This document shows positions 1 to 9,586 of a stretch of 64,000 bases of DNA, one piece after another (position 1 is the stretch's first letter; every line of letters starts with the position of its first letter). The notes beneath the pieces were generated by a model, which ran no database searches, was not told the origin of the DNA, and was given only the letters and a program-made list of their open reading frames with translations. The translations under genes were made by a program, and so were the position numbers. Source of the stretch: an uncultured Acidobacteriota bacterium (GTDB lineage Bacteria > Acidobacteriota > Vicinamibacteria > Vicinamibacterales > UBA8438); the NCBI GenBank assembly GCA_913043225.1, contig CAJWLU010000001.1:64001-128000 (forward strand), in the 5' to 3' direction.

Positions 1-6
1 TCGCAT
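1..6 (-). CDS. Probable start of a gene running off the left edge (product unknown)
   Basis: Minus-strand ATG at 6-4 with a GGGAG SD-like element at 17-13, just downstream of the DASS stop codon. Confidence 0.35.
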
Positions 7-49
7 CAGGGTCTCCCTCGATTTAGGTGCTATTCACGGATTCAGTTTC

Positions 50-1480
50 TTACAGCAGTCCCACCAGCGGCCCCACCCACACCATTAGCAAGGTGATGAG
101 CACCACCCAGCAGACGCTCAGCAGTGCCCCCGGCAGCGCCATGTCGAGCATCCGGTAGTACCCCTTCGTATAGGTCACGAGCGGCACCGCGTCGAGGGGC
201 AACAAGAAGGCGCAGGACGCGGTGAAAGCCACCGGCAGCGCATAGAGCGCCGGATTCTGGCCGGTACTGAGTGCGAGAATCGCCAAAGGCGGAATCAGTA
301 CCGAGTTGATAACGGGCCCGATCGGGAGCGGTAGGTGCACCACGACCGTAAAAGCGCTTACCAGCGCCACGATGCCCAAAGCGCCCCAGCCTTCCAAGCC
401 ACCAAGAGACCCGTCAACCATCCACTGCGCCAGACCGGTCTCGACCGACGCCGCGCCCAACGCGGTTACTCCCCCCACCATCAACAGCGCTTCCCAACCG
501 ATGCCCCGCTCGACCTCTTTCCACCCGAAGATGTTCATGCCGGGCAGGAACATGAGGATGGCGCCGCCGAGGCTCACCATCACGACGTCGAGCTGGTCGA
601 TCCAGGTACTGCCGACCCAACACACAATCATCGCGCTCAGAATGATGAGCACGCGCCACTCGGGACCGCTGACTGGCCCCAGCGCCGCCCGCTCGCTCTC
701 GACGTCACCGACCGCGGTCACCTCGTCCATCTCTGGCGGGTAGAACCACACCAGCAGGCGCACCGAAATCGGGAGCAGCACCACCACCATCGGCACACCG
801 ATGACCATCCAGTCGAGGAATCGGACCGTGACATCGCCATACTCCTGGATGAAGAAGATCCCCAGGATGTTGATGGAGCTGCCCGCAGGAGTGGCCACAC
901 CGCCGATGAGCGCCGCGAACGGGATGCCAATCATCACCGCCTTGGCGAAGGACGACTCCCCAACCTTGAGTCCCATCTTGTCGAAGAGGCCGAGCGCCAG
1001 CGCCATGAAGATAGCCGTCGCCGGCACATCCGACATGATGGTCGAGATGAGGCAGGTCCCGACCATGAACACCCGCACGACCTGACGGCTATCAGTGCCG
1101 GCCCGCGCTAGGAGCCAGAGCGAAAACCGCCGGTCGAGGCCGGAGCTGATGAACGCCTGAGCGATAACGAACATCGCCAGGACGAAGAAGAACACCGGGC
1201 TGATGAAGGTGCGGAACGCGGTCGGCAAATCGGCCACCCCGAACACGGGGAGGAGAAGGATGGCCAGGAGCGAGGTGACGCCAACCGGCAGCGCCTCGGA
1301 CACCCAGAGAATCAGCACGACAACGAAGATCGCCGCCATGCGCTGCCCGGCCACCGGCAGGGCCTCGGGCGTCGGCAGCAGCAGCAGGAGCCCGGCGGCG
1401 AGCACGGCGGCCACCACCCCACCCTTCGCGGATGCGGACGACGTCGGAGCTGATGCGGCGCTGATGTTCATCGACAGCAT
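50..1480 (-). CDS. SLC13/DASS family sodium-coupled di/tricarboxylate or sulfate symporter
   Basis: 476 aa, highly hydrophobic; WVSEALP, IGGVATPAGSSIN and ASCAFLLP motifs typical of DASS. Confidence 0.9.
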   Translation of the reverse strand: MLSMNISAASAPTSSASAKGGVVAAVLAAGLLLLLPTPEALPVAGQRMAAIFVVVLILWVSEALPVGVTSLLAILLLPVFGVADLPTAFRTFISPVFFFVLAMFVIAQAFISSGLDRRFSLWLLARAGTDSRQVVRVFMVGTCLISTIMSDVPATAIFMALALGLFDKMGLKVGESSFAKAVMIGIPFAALIGGVATPAGSSINILGIFFIQEYGDVTVRFLDWMVIGVPMVVVLLPISVRLLVWFYPPEMDEVTAVGDVESERAALGPVSGPEWRVLIILSAMIVCWVGSTWIDQLDVVMVSLGGAILMFLPGMNIFGWKEVERGIGWEALLMVGGVTALGAASVETGLAQWMVDGSLGGLEGWGALGIVALVSAFTVVVHLPLPIGPVINSVLIPPLAILALSTGQNPALYALPVAFTASCAFLLPLDAVPLVTYTKGYYRMLDMALPGALLSVCWVVLITLLMVWVGPLVGLL

Positions 1481-1503
1481 GTAACAATAGCTGGCCTGCA
1501 GCC

Positions 1504-2691
1504 GTGGTCAAGACCAGACACCATTCCTCTTCGCCAGAAAACCATCTAGGCGGCGGCCCGCATCCGCTCGTCTACCCGGTCGATCGCACCTCAGTTCCCT
1601 CCGCGGTCGCCGCGCCACCAGGCGCCGGGCTTGGCGTCAGGGTGTGGGCACGCTCACTGTCGGGTATGCAGAAAGTGGCCCTTATCTCGACCGACGCCGA
1701 TCCGTCGATCTGGCGAGTGGCGAGCGACGAGGGCCCCTATCTGAACGGATTCGACGCCGCACCGTGCCCGCTCTCGTTTATGACGGTAGGCCTGGTGGCC
1801 AATGGGCTCGAGGCGATTGTGGCCGAACTCGAGACCGGTGGTCGCGCGGCGCCTGGGCTCGAGTTCACCATCGACAACCGCTACACGATGGAGGGATCGA
1901 CACTCCAGGGCACGATGCGGGGCGGCGCGTTACCGCTTGAGGTCGCCGTACGGACGGAATCGGGCAACGACGACGAGTCGCTTCATCAACTGGTGGCCGG
2001 AGCCCTGCGGCGAACGCCGCTCGGCGCCTTGGTGGGAGGCACGCACAGCTCCCGCTTTCGGCTCTCGGTGAACGGCCAGGCCGTCGCCATCGACGGTGTC
2101 TCCGAGATCGCCGGCACGATTGCGCCTCCTGAGTGGATGGCCACCCAGCCGTCACCCACCGTCGGCACCGAGCCGCTCATCGTCCGCTCGAAGGCGGTAG
2201 TGCCGAAGACCGGGGTGACTGGTGGGGCCGGCACCAGCCTCCGCGAGGAACAGCGGCGAGAGCTACATGTGCGAGGACATGGACGTTTTCGGTCGGACGG
2301 GCTTGTCGAGGTGACCCAGGAGCTGCACCAGCCGCTGGGCTCGACGTTCCGGTTCCTGGTTGAGGGTCGGCGGCGCGACGGCGCACCGCCGCGCGCGCCA
2401 AGCGGCGCCAGCTACATGGCGGCTGGTGTGGCGTTCTGCTTCATGACCCAGTTGGAACGCTACGCCACCATCGTGAAGGAACCGCTCGATCACTATGAGG
2501 TGATCCAGGACACGAGATTCAGCTGGGGAGCCAACTCCACGGCGGGCTCTGTCAGCCCAGTCGAGACGCACGCCTTTGTCGACACCCCCGCAGGTCCCGA
2601 CTTCGCTCGGCAGTGTCTGAGGATGGGCGAGCAAACCTGCTTCCTGCACGCGCTGTATCGAACACCGTTGACGATTCGGCTCACTGACTGA
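1504..2691 (+). CDS. Tandem OsmC/Ohr-like domain protein
   Basis: Two OsmC-like halves (DEGPYLNGFDAAPCPL...; APSGASYMAAGVAFCFMTQ...QTCFLH); start codon uncertain. Confidence 0.7.
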   Translation: MVKTRHHSSSPENHLGGGPHPLVYPVDRTSVPSAVAAPPGAGLGVRVWARSLSGMQKVALISTDADPSIWRVASDEGPYLNGFDAAPCPLSFMTVGLVANGLEAIVAELETGGRAAPGLEFTIDNRYTMEGSTLQGTMRGGALPLEVAVRTESGNDDESLHQLVAGALRRTPLGALVGGTHSSRFRLSVNGQAVAIDGVSEIAGTIAPPEWMATQPSPTVGTEPLIVRSKAVVPKTGVTGGAGTSLREEQRRELHVRGHGRFRSDGLVEVTQELHQPLGSTFRFLVEGRRRDGAPPRAPSGASYMAAGVAFCFMTQLERYATIVKEPLDHYEVIQDTRFSWGANSTAGSVSPVETHAFVDTPAGPDFARQCLRMGEQTCFLHALYRTPLTIRLTD

Positions 2692-3460
2692 GAAAACGCT
2701 CGACCGCGCCGGTGAAGGCTGACGCCTGTTCGACGTTGGAGAGGTGCGCGGCATCGAGTTCGACCAGGTGTCCGTTCGGCACGCCGTCGGCGATCGCCTC
2801 GCCGAGCGCCGGGGGAGTCGCGGCGTCGTGCGTACCTGTCACGACCAGCGTCTGCGCCGCGATCTGGCCCAACTCGGGTCGCAAATCACCATCCCTTAGC
2901 ACGGCGCACGCGCCTGCATACCCTTCGACCGAACAACGGCGCAGCATCTGGCGGAATCGCTCAGTCGTCTGCGGATCGGTAGTGCGAAAGCGGGGCGTGA
3001 ACCAACGCGTGAGGCCGCCTTCAACTACCGCCTCGATACCTCCCTCGCGTACCTCCGCAATCCGGGCAGACCAGCCCTCGGCACTGCCGAGGCGAGCACC
3101 TGTGTTGGCCGCCACCAGCCGATCGACCCGATCCGGCGCGTGGCGTCCGAGCCATTGGGCGGTAAGTCCACCCAGCGACACCCCGCAGACGTGGGCCTGT
3201 TCGGCACCGGCGGCGTCGAGGACAGCCAACGCGTCGCGGCCCAGCTGCTCAAGCGTGTAGGGTCCCACCGGAGGCTGCGATCCACCGTGGCCACGCACGT
3301 CATAACGCATCACGCGATACCGCTTGACCAGCACCGACCACTGCGGCTCCCATAGCTCCCGCGTCGTGCCGAGCGAGTGGAGTAGAAGACAGGCGGGCGC
3401 GTCGGCCGGGCCGGCAGCCTCGTATTCCAGGCTCGCGGCGCCTGACGTCACGATCGGCAT
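2681..3460 (-). CDS. pcaD: 3-oxoadipate enol-lactonase
   Basis: HSLG, YDVRGHG, GVSLGG nucleophile motif, AAHLSNVE; start moved to ATG 3460, 4 nt after the pcaB stop. Confidence 0.9.
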   Translation of the reverse strand: MPIVTSGAASLEYEAAGPADAPACLLLHSLGTTRELWEPQWSVLVKRYRVMRYDVRGHGGSQPPVGPYTLEQLGRDALAVLDAAGAEQAHVCGVSLGGLTAQWLGRHAPDRVDRLVAANTGARLGSAEGWSARIAEVREGGIEAVVEGGLTRWFTPRFRTTDPQTTERFRQMLRRCSVEGYAGACAVLRDGDLRPELGQIAAQTLVVTGTHDAATPPALGEAIADGVPNGHLVELDAAHLSNVEQASAFTGAVERFLSQ

Positions 3461-3464
3461 CGGG

Positions 3465-4838
3465 TCAGCGCTTCGTTTCCCAACGGGCCAGCACCCGGTC
3501 GATAAATGCTTGCGACTGACCCAGATAGCGGCACGGGTCCAGCCGACGGCGAATCTCGTCCTCATCGAGGTGGGCCGCCACCGTCTCGTCGTCTGTCAGT
3601 ACCTCGGCCAGCGAACGCCCCTCTTCGGCAACCCGGCGACACGCCCTCGCGACGAGATGATGGGCCTCTTCCTTCCCGACAGACGCCGCCAGTGCCATCG
3701 ACACCGACTCAGCGAGCGGCAGACCGCGACTGGCCTCGAGATTCGCAAGCATCCGGTCCGGATCGATCTCGAGGCGCGTGAGGCTATCGGCCACGCCGCC
3801 CGCGCCGGACGCGGCGACGATCACGAGATCAGGAACCAGATCCCACTCGGCCTGCCAGCCACCCAGGCCTCGCTCGTGCTCCTGCGGCAAGGCGTGGAGC
3901 AACGACGCGACCAGGCCAGGCACCCTCACCGCCGCCGCCAGCGCCACCGAGGCACCCATCGGATTCCGTTTCTGCGGCATCGTGGATGAGCGCCCACGTC
4001 CGGCAGCCCCTTGCTCCCACGCCTCGCCCACCTCGGACTGGGCGAGCAAGGCAACGTCCCGCGCTACCTTGCCCGCGATGCCGACAGCCACCCCCAGGGC
4101 AGATCCGAGGTGCCCAAGACGGTCTCGCTGGGCATGCCACGGGGTGTCGGCCACCGAGAGATTGAGCCTCGAGGCCAGCTCCGCCTCAACCAGGAGCGCG
4201 GACGGCCCCATCGAGGCCAGAGTGCCCGTGGCACCACCGAACTGCAGCACCAGCAGGTCGTCGAGCGCGACACGCAGTGTAGCGGTGACCCGGGCGAGGC
4301 CATCCAGCCAACCGGCAGCCTTGAGCCCAAACGAGACCGGGGTCGCCTGCTGAAGCCAGGTCCGGCCCGCCATCGGCACGTCGGCGTGGCGGCGAGCCAA
4401 CGCCGCCGCGGCGGCGGCGGCCTCGTCCAGCCGTCCGATGACCATGGGAACAGCCTGTCTCAGTTGGAGCACCAGCGCGGTATCGGTGACGTCCTGGGTC
4501 GTCCCTCCCCAGTGGACGAACTTCGCCGCCTTCGGATCGTTACGCGCCACCTCTGCGGTCAGCGCCTTCACCACCGGTACGGCCGGGGCACCTGCGTTGG
4601 CCAGTTCGTCAATCAGGGCATCACAGTCGTAGAGATCAACCTCGGCGGCGGCGCGAATGGGTGCAACGCATTCGTTCGGAACCATCCCGCACGCCGCCTG
4701 GCTCTCGGCTAGCGCCGCTTCCACGTCCAGCATCGCCTGTACCTGAGCCCTTACCGAAAAGTGTGCCGCCACCTCGGGGGCCCCCAGATAGCGGTCGTGC
4801 AAGCGCACCGTCACGGCGGAGGACGAAGATTCAGACAT
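3465..4838 (-). CDS. pcaB: 3-carboxy-cis,cis-muconate cycloisomerase
   Basis: Fumarase/lyase family SSTMPQKRNP, VHWGGTTQD, GRTWLQ, QEHERGLGGWQAEW; ATG 4838 overlaps the pcaG stop. Confidence 0.93.
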   Translation of the reverse strand: MSESSSSAVTVRLHDRYLGAPEVAAHFSVRAQVQAMLDVEAALAESQAACGMVPNECVAPIRAAAEVDLYDCDALIDELANAGAPAVPVVKALTAEVARNDPKAAKFVHWGGTTQDVTDTALVLQLRQAVPMVIGRLDEAAAAAAALARRHADVPMAGRTWLQQATPVSFGLKAAGWLDGLARVTATLRVALDDLLVLQFGGATGTLASMGPSALLVEAELASRLNLSVADTPWHAQRDRLGHLGSALGVAVGIAGKVARDVALLAQSEVGEAWEQGAAGRGRSSTMPQKRNPMGASVALAAAVRVPGLVASLLHALPQEHERGLGGWQAEWDLVPDLVIVAASGAGGVADSLTRLEIDPDRMLANLEASRGLPLAESVSMALAASVGKEEAHHLVARACRRVAEEGRSLAEVLTDDETVAAHLDEDEIRRRLDPCRYLGQSQAFIDRVLARWETKR

Positions 4839-5385
4839 CGAAAAATACCGTTTCCATCGGTCCCTGAAGACATAGGTCGTGGACATACACCCCGTCACCG
4901 TCCGAGGTGGCGATCAAGGTCGCGCGTCGTCCGGCTGGCACACGCCTCAGAACCGGATCGGCCTCCAAGCCAGGGCCATCTCCCAGATAGATCCGGGTCA
5001 CCAGCCGCGTGAAGAGCCCCCGGGCGAACAGCCCGACCAGTAGATGCGCCGCCTGCGTCGTACCATCCGGGCCTGGCGTCTCGCCAGGACGGATGGTGTC
5101 GAGGCTGAAACAGCCCTCGGCATCAGTGGCGCCCCGACTGTAACCGCCAAAACCGTCGGCCGGCTTTCGAGGGTCGTCAGGGTGGGCCCAGTGGCCGGTG
5201 GCGTCCGGCTGCCAGAACTCGAGCATGGCGTCAGGCACCGGCGCCCCGGCGCCATCGCGCACCACCCCGCGAATCCCAATCCTGGGGCCAGGAGCTTCTA
5301 GCGCCGCCGGCACCACACGGTCGTGCCGGAGCAAGACACCAAAGAACGGACCTACCGTCTGCCAGGGCGTGATCGGCTTAGACAT
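4831..5385 (-). CDS. pcaG: Protocatechuate 3,4-dioxygenase alpha subunit
   Basis: TPWQTVGPFF, QAAHL, FARGL...TRIY, LQGPMETVFFD. Confidence 0.93.
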   Translation of the reverse strand: MSKPITPWQTVGPFFGVLLRHDRVVPAALEAPGPRIGIRGVVRDGAGAPVPDAMLEFWQPDATGHWAHPDDPRKPADGFGGYSRGATDAEGCFSLDTIRPGETPGPDGTTQAAHLLVGLFARGLFTRLVTRIYLGDGPGLEADPVLRRVPAGRRATLIATSDGDGVYVHDLCLQGPMETVFFDV

Positions 5386-5392
5386 ACGGGCA

Positions 5393-6088
5393 CTAAGCCT
5401 CCATCGGCGTCGCGTGAGGCCCCCGCAGTACTATGTCGAAGCGATAGCCCAGTGCGAGACCAGGCTCGGTCAGCTCCAGGTCGAACCCGGCCACGAGCCG
5501 CTGTCGCGCGCCAGCATCCGGCACCGCTTTGAAGATCGGGTCGAAGGCCAGCAGTGGGTCACCGGGAAAGTACATCTGGGTCACAAGCCGGGTCAGAAAC
5601 GACGGCCCGAACACCGAAAAGTGGATGTGCGCCGGCCGCCAGGCGTTCTCATGGTTATGCCAGGGGTAGGCGCCCGGCTTGATGGTGACGAAGCGAAACC
5701 AGCCCGCGCCGTCGGTGCGCACTCGGCCCGCGCCCGAAAAGTTCGGGTCCACGGGAGCATCGTGGGTATCGGAGTAATGCGCATAGCGTCCCGCCGCGTT
5801 CGCCTGCCAGATTTCGACCACGGTGTCGGAGACCGGTCGTTCACTATCGTCGAGCACCCGACCAGCAACCACGATCCGTTCACCTAGCGGCGTCCCGGGG
5901 TGCTGCCGGGTCAGGTCGTGGTCGAGCGGTCCCGGTGCCTGATGTTCGTACACCGGCCCGGTGAGTTCGGAAAGCGTCTGCGGGACGACCACGAGCGGCT
6001 CGCGCGGGTGTCGCAACGCGGTCGAGCGATAGGGTGGATGGTTGTTGGGCGGCAGGGTGGCCGGATCAGGCCGGCGGTAGGTAAACAT
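5393..6088 (-). CDS. pcaH: Protocatechuate 3,4-dioxygenase beta subunit
   Basis: YRSTALRHP, WQANAAGRY, PGAYPW, WRPAHIH (two Tyr and two His iron ligands). Confidence 0.96.
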   Translation of the reverse strand: MFTYRRPDPATLPPNNHPPYRSTALRHPREPLVVVPQTLSELTGPVYEHQAPGPLDHDLTRQHPGTPLGERIVVAGRVLDDSERPVSDTVVEIWQANAAGRYAHYSDTHDAPVDPNFSGAGRVRTDGAGWFRFVTIKPGAYPWHNHENAWRPAHIHFSVFGPSFLTRLVTQMYFPGDPLLAFDPIFKAVPDAGARQRLVAGFDLELTEPGLALGYRFDIVLRGPHATPMEA

Positions 6089-6150
6089 CCGTGAACCGTG
6101 AGCCGGTTAAGGATACCCCTAGTATGATCGGGCGTATTCAAGGAGTCGTC

Positions 6151-8085
6151 ATGCGCTGTTTCCACTTCTCCGCTCGAGTAGCGCTTGCTGGTCTCGTCGC
6201 CTTCAGTGCGTCCGACGCCGCAGCGCAGATCACGGAATTCGACCTCGAGGTCGTGGCTTCGCCCGCCCTCGACGGGCGCGAGTTCGGCGGCATCGGCACC
6301 TACGAACGGCTCAGGGGAATTGTGCGAGGGGCGGTCGATCCGGAAGACAGACGCAACCGCGACATCGTGAACATCGACCGCGCCTCCAGAAATGCCGATG
6401 GACTCGTCGAGTACCGGGCCACGGTGGAGATCTACCGGCCGGTCAACATGTCGAAGTGGAACGGCGCGATCTTCCACACGGTCTCAAACCGTGGTGGAGC
6501 GGGCGCAGCTGAACCGGCACTTCTCGCACGCGGGTTCGCCTTCGTCCGGATCGGCTGGCAGGGCGACCTCGAGCCGACCGAGTCCAATATCGTGGCGTAT
6601 CTGCCGATTGCCACCAACGGCGAGCGCCCGGTCACGGCTCCGGCGCTGGAGGAGTTCATCTTCAACGACGCCGAATCTACGTCACGTGGCCGGCTCACCT
6701 ACCCGGCCGCCATGCCAGAGCCTTCCGGCGGGATGCTCTCGGTCCGGGCGCACCAGACCGCCCCCCGCTCCGCGCCCTCGGACCTTAATTGGCGCTACGT
6801 CACTAACCGCGAGATCGAGATCGACCGACCGAACGGATACGACAGCGGCGCCATCTACGAGTTCATCTACGAAGCGCGCGATCCGATCGTGCTCGGCCTC
6901 GGCTTCGCGGCGATGCGGGACGCCATTGCCTTCCTGCGCTACGAACGACAGGACGCCAGCGGCAACGCGAACCCGCTCGAGAAGGACGGTTTGACCCGCA
7001 CCGCCATCTCGCTGGGCATCTCTCAAAGCGGCCGGATGCTGCGTGACTTCGTCTACCAGGGCTTCAACGAGGACACCCAAGGCCGCATCGTGTTCGACGG
7101 CGTCCACCCCAACATCGCCGGCTCACGCAAGACATTCACCAACTACCAGTTCGGTCAGCCTGGCCGCTGGCAGAAGCAACACGAAGATCACGTGTATCCG
7201 GGCGACCAGTTCCCGTTCACGTACACCACGTTGACCGACTCGCTGAGTGGTCGGACCGACGGCCTGCTCGCCCGCTGCGCTGACACCGGCACCTGCCCCA
7301 AGGTGATCCACAGTGATGGCGAAGCCGAGCTGTGGCAAGCGCGTGCGTCGCTGGTCGTCACCGATCCGGCCGGCAAACACATCGAACTGCCAGACTCGGT
7401 GCGAGTCTTCTTGTTGTCAGGCACCCAGCACGGAGGCGGGCCGGGCGTCCACACCGGCACGCCACGGGCCGGCATCTGCCAGCATCCGAACAACCCACTC
7501 GACCTGGGTCAAATCCGGACCGCACTCAGCGTGGCGCTGCACGAGTGGGTGGCCGACGGCACGCCGCCTCCAGCCAGCCGGTTTCCGACGGTGGCCAACG
7601 GTGGCCTCGTCGCCGCCAGAGGACTCAAGTTTCCGGCCATTCCCGGTTCAACCTACAACGGCTCGGTCAATCCTCTCCACCTGAACGACCATCGGTCTAT
7701 TCCGCCCATGCGGGGAGCTGCCTATCCGGTCCTGGTCGGTCGCATCGACAACGACGGGAACATGACCAATGGTGTCAGACACCCCAATCTAGCAGCGCCG
7801 GTGGGGACTCATACTGGATGGAATCTGCGTCGAGACGGATACGCGCCGAACCAGCAGTGCGGCGGAACCGGCTCCTTCTTCCCGTTCGAACCGACCGCCA
7901 GCGAGCGCGCAAGCTCGGGCGACCCCCGCCTGTCGTTCGAGGAACGCTACGCCGACCACGCGACCTACGTAACCGCTGTGCAGCGGGCGGCGGAACAACT
8001 CGTGGCCAAGCGGCTTCTACTCGCCGAACATGTTGAGGTCATCGTTGAGCGTGCCGCGACCAGCCGGATCAGTAGTCAGAACTAA
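6151..8085 (+). CDS. Secreted alpha/beta hydrolase domain protein
   Basis: AGGAG SD at 6141-6145; signal peptide ending AAA-Q; GISQSGR nucleophile elbow; TGWNLR and DPRLSFEERY C-terminal motifs. Confidence 0.75.
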   Translation: MRCFHFSARVALAGLVAFSASDAAAQITEFDLEVVASPALDGREFGGIGTYERLRGIVRGAVDPEDRRNRDIVNIDRASRNADGLVEYRATVEIYRPVNMSKWNGAIFHTVSNRGGAGAAEPALLARGFAFVRIGWQGDLEPTESNIVAYLPIATNGERPVTAPALEEFIFNDAESTSRGRLTYPAAMPEPSGGMLSVRAHQTAPRSAPSDLNWRYVTNREIEIDRPNGYDSGAIYEFIYEARDPIVLGLGFAAMRDAIAFLRYERQDASGNANPLEKDGLTRTAISLGISQSGRMLRDFVYQGFNEDTQGRIVFDGVHPNIAGSRKTFTNYQFGQPGRWQKQHEDHVYPGDQFPFTYTTLTDSLSGRTDGLLARCADTGTCPKVIHSDGEAELWQARASLVVTDPAGKHIELPDSVRVFLLSGTQHGGGPGVHTGTPRAGICQHPNNPLDLGQIRTALSVALHEWVADGTPPPASRFPTVANGGLVAARGLKFPAIPGSTYNGSVNPLHLNDHRSIPPMRGAAYPVLVGRIDNDGNMTNGVRHPNLAAPVGTHTGWNLRRDGYAPNQQCGGTGSFFPFEPTASERASSGDPRLSFEERYADHATYVTAVQRAAEQLVAKRLLLAEHVEVIVERAATSRISSQN

Positions 8086-8091
8086 GCTGGC

Positions 8092-9450
8092 TCAGTCGGC
8101 CCACCGGAAGGCACTGATCGCCTCGAGCTCGCGGACGAACACGCCGTCGCCGCTGACCGCTAGATGCCCCCAAGTGGTCTGCTTGGCCACCTCCAGCTCA
8201 TCGATCAGGTCGAACCGCTCGGGCGAAGCCCGAATGAGCCTGAGCGTTCCCTCAGAATCCAGCGTCAACATCCGATCCCCCTGATAGACCATGCTCCAGT
8301 AGTCGGCCATCGGACGCGTGCGCCAGTTCTCCTCACCCGTGCGCAGGTCAATGCTCGTCAGCCGGCCGTTCCCAAGGTGCTGGTAGACGTGGTCTCCGAT
8401 CACAAGGGGAGACGACATGTAGCCAGATCCCTTATTCGTCCAGACCGTCTCAACGTCGAAGTTCACGTCTTCGGTATCGACCGATAACGGATCAACCCGC
8501 GGCGGCCGTAAAAAAAAGGAACCGTTGCGATACTGGCTAATGAAGATACCGCCGTCGTAGACGGTCGGGGTGACGATGTTCATGCCACGGAAGTTCGGCA
8601 CCGACTGTCGCCACAACACATCGCCAGAGTCCGGGTCGACTCCGGCAAGCTCTGACCGGGTAAACACGACGATCTGCCGGACCCCGTCGAGCTCTGCGAC
8701 GATCGGCGACGAGAAGGCGCCATCGTTCATCACCGAGCTGCCGCTGACCATCGACCGCCACAGTACCGTGCCGGTCGAGGGGTCAACCTTGATCAGCCCG
8801 TTCGACGCCTGGGCAAAAAGCGCCCCCTCGAACAGCATCGGCGAAGAAGCAAACCCGAAGGACGGCGTATCTTCCCCAAACTTGTCCGGCACGTCGAGCA
8901 CCCAGCGGTCCTGCCCCGTCTCGGCGTCGAGAGCTCGAAGTACCTCTTTCATATCGCCGAGATAGAGCAACTTCCCATCGAACGCCGGCGTGGACCGCTC
9001 CCAATCCCCGCTGCGGGCCGCATAGAACGGCACGCGCCCTTCGGCCAACCACTCCCGGCGCCATACCTCAGTACCGGTCTCCCGGTCGAACGCTCTGACA
9101 CGGGCCAGCGTCTTATCAAATGGCCATGAACCGGTCACAACCGTCTCGGTAACAAAGACGCGATGCTCGGTCACAATCGGCCCGCCGTAACCCTTGCCGA
9201 GTTCGACTCGCCAAGTTTGCTCGAGCCCGCCCAGCGTCTCAGGCCAGAGCGGCCCATCGACCCTTCCATCCCTGTCTGGCCCGCGCCACTGCGACCACAC
9301 CGGCACGACCGCACTGTCTGACTCGCTCGTCTCTGGCCGAGTAGTCATTTCAGCCGACACGAGATAACCAGCCGTAGCCGACATCTGGACGGCGACTACC
9401 GTGGCGAGGGCGGCCCGAATTGTGTTGCGGACGACTAGAAATGTCTTCAC
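8092..9450 (-). CDS. PQQ-binding-like beta-propeller repeat protein (BamB-like), probably exported
   Basis: WSQWRGPDRDG N-terminal motif; repeated D-x-x-T-G-x-x-x-W blades; SSP motifs; GTG start with upstream AAGG. Confidence 0.8.
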   Translation of the reverse strand: MKTFLVVRNTIRAALATVVAVQMSATAGYLVSAEMTTRPETSESDSAVVPVWSQWRGPDRDGRVDGPLWPETLGGLEQTWRVELGKGYGGPIVTEHRVFVTETVVTGSWPFDKTLARVRAFDRETGTEVWRREWLAEGRVPFYAARSGDWERSTPAFDGKLLYLGDMKEVLRALDAETGQDRWVLDVPDKFGEDTPSFGFASSPMLFEGALFAQASNGLIKVDPSTGTVLWRSMVSGSSVMNDGAFSSPIVAELDGVRQIVVFTRSELAGVDPDSGDVLWRQSVPNFRGMNIVTPTVYDGGIFISQYRNGSFFLRPPRVDPLSVDTEDVNFDVETVWTNKGSGYMSSPLVIGDHVYQHLGNGRLTSIDLRTGEENWRTRPMADYWSMVYQGDRMLTLDSEGTLRLIRASPERFDLIDELEVAKQTTWGHLAVSGDGVFVRELEAISAFRWAD

Positions 9451-9500
9451 GTCGTTTGATCCTTATCTTTTCCTGTGGCGTCCAAGCTCAATTAATCAGA

Positions 9501-9529
9501 AGCATAGCCAGGCGTTTATATGTTGTCAA
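9501..9529 (-). promoter_or_regulatory. Sigma70-type promoter TTGACA-N17-TATGCT facing the beta-propeller gene
   Basis: Minus strand: TTGACA at 9529-9524, 17-nt spacer, TATGCT at 9506-9501, inside an AT-rich island. Confidence 0.75.
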
Positions 9530-9540
9530 TATATTGTTCA
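9513..9540 (-). promoter_or_regulatory. Putative CarH/LitR operator: three TnnACA-type repeats at 11-bp period
   Basis: Minus strand TGAACA-atata-TTGACA-acata-TAAACG; the central repeat is the -35 box. Confidence 0.65.
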
Positions 9541-9549
9541 TATAAATAC

Positions 9550-9578
9550 TTGATTTTTCGCTGTTTACTCAGTAAATT
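9550..9578 (+). promoter_or_regulatory. Putative promoter of the carH-like gene (TTGATT-N17-TAAATT), probably leaderless
   Basis: TTGATT 9550-9555, TAAATT 9573-9578, ATG at 9587 without an SD. Confidence 0.5.
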
Positions 9579-9586
9579 CACAGCTA

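Noticed and set aside
8510..8517. A8 homopolymer in the beta-propeller gene as a phase-variation tract
   Set aside because: Short, frame intact, and explained by Phe-Phe-Leu codons
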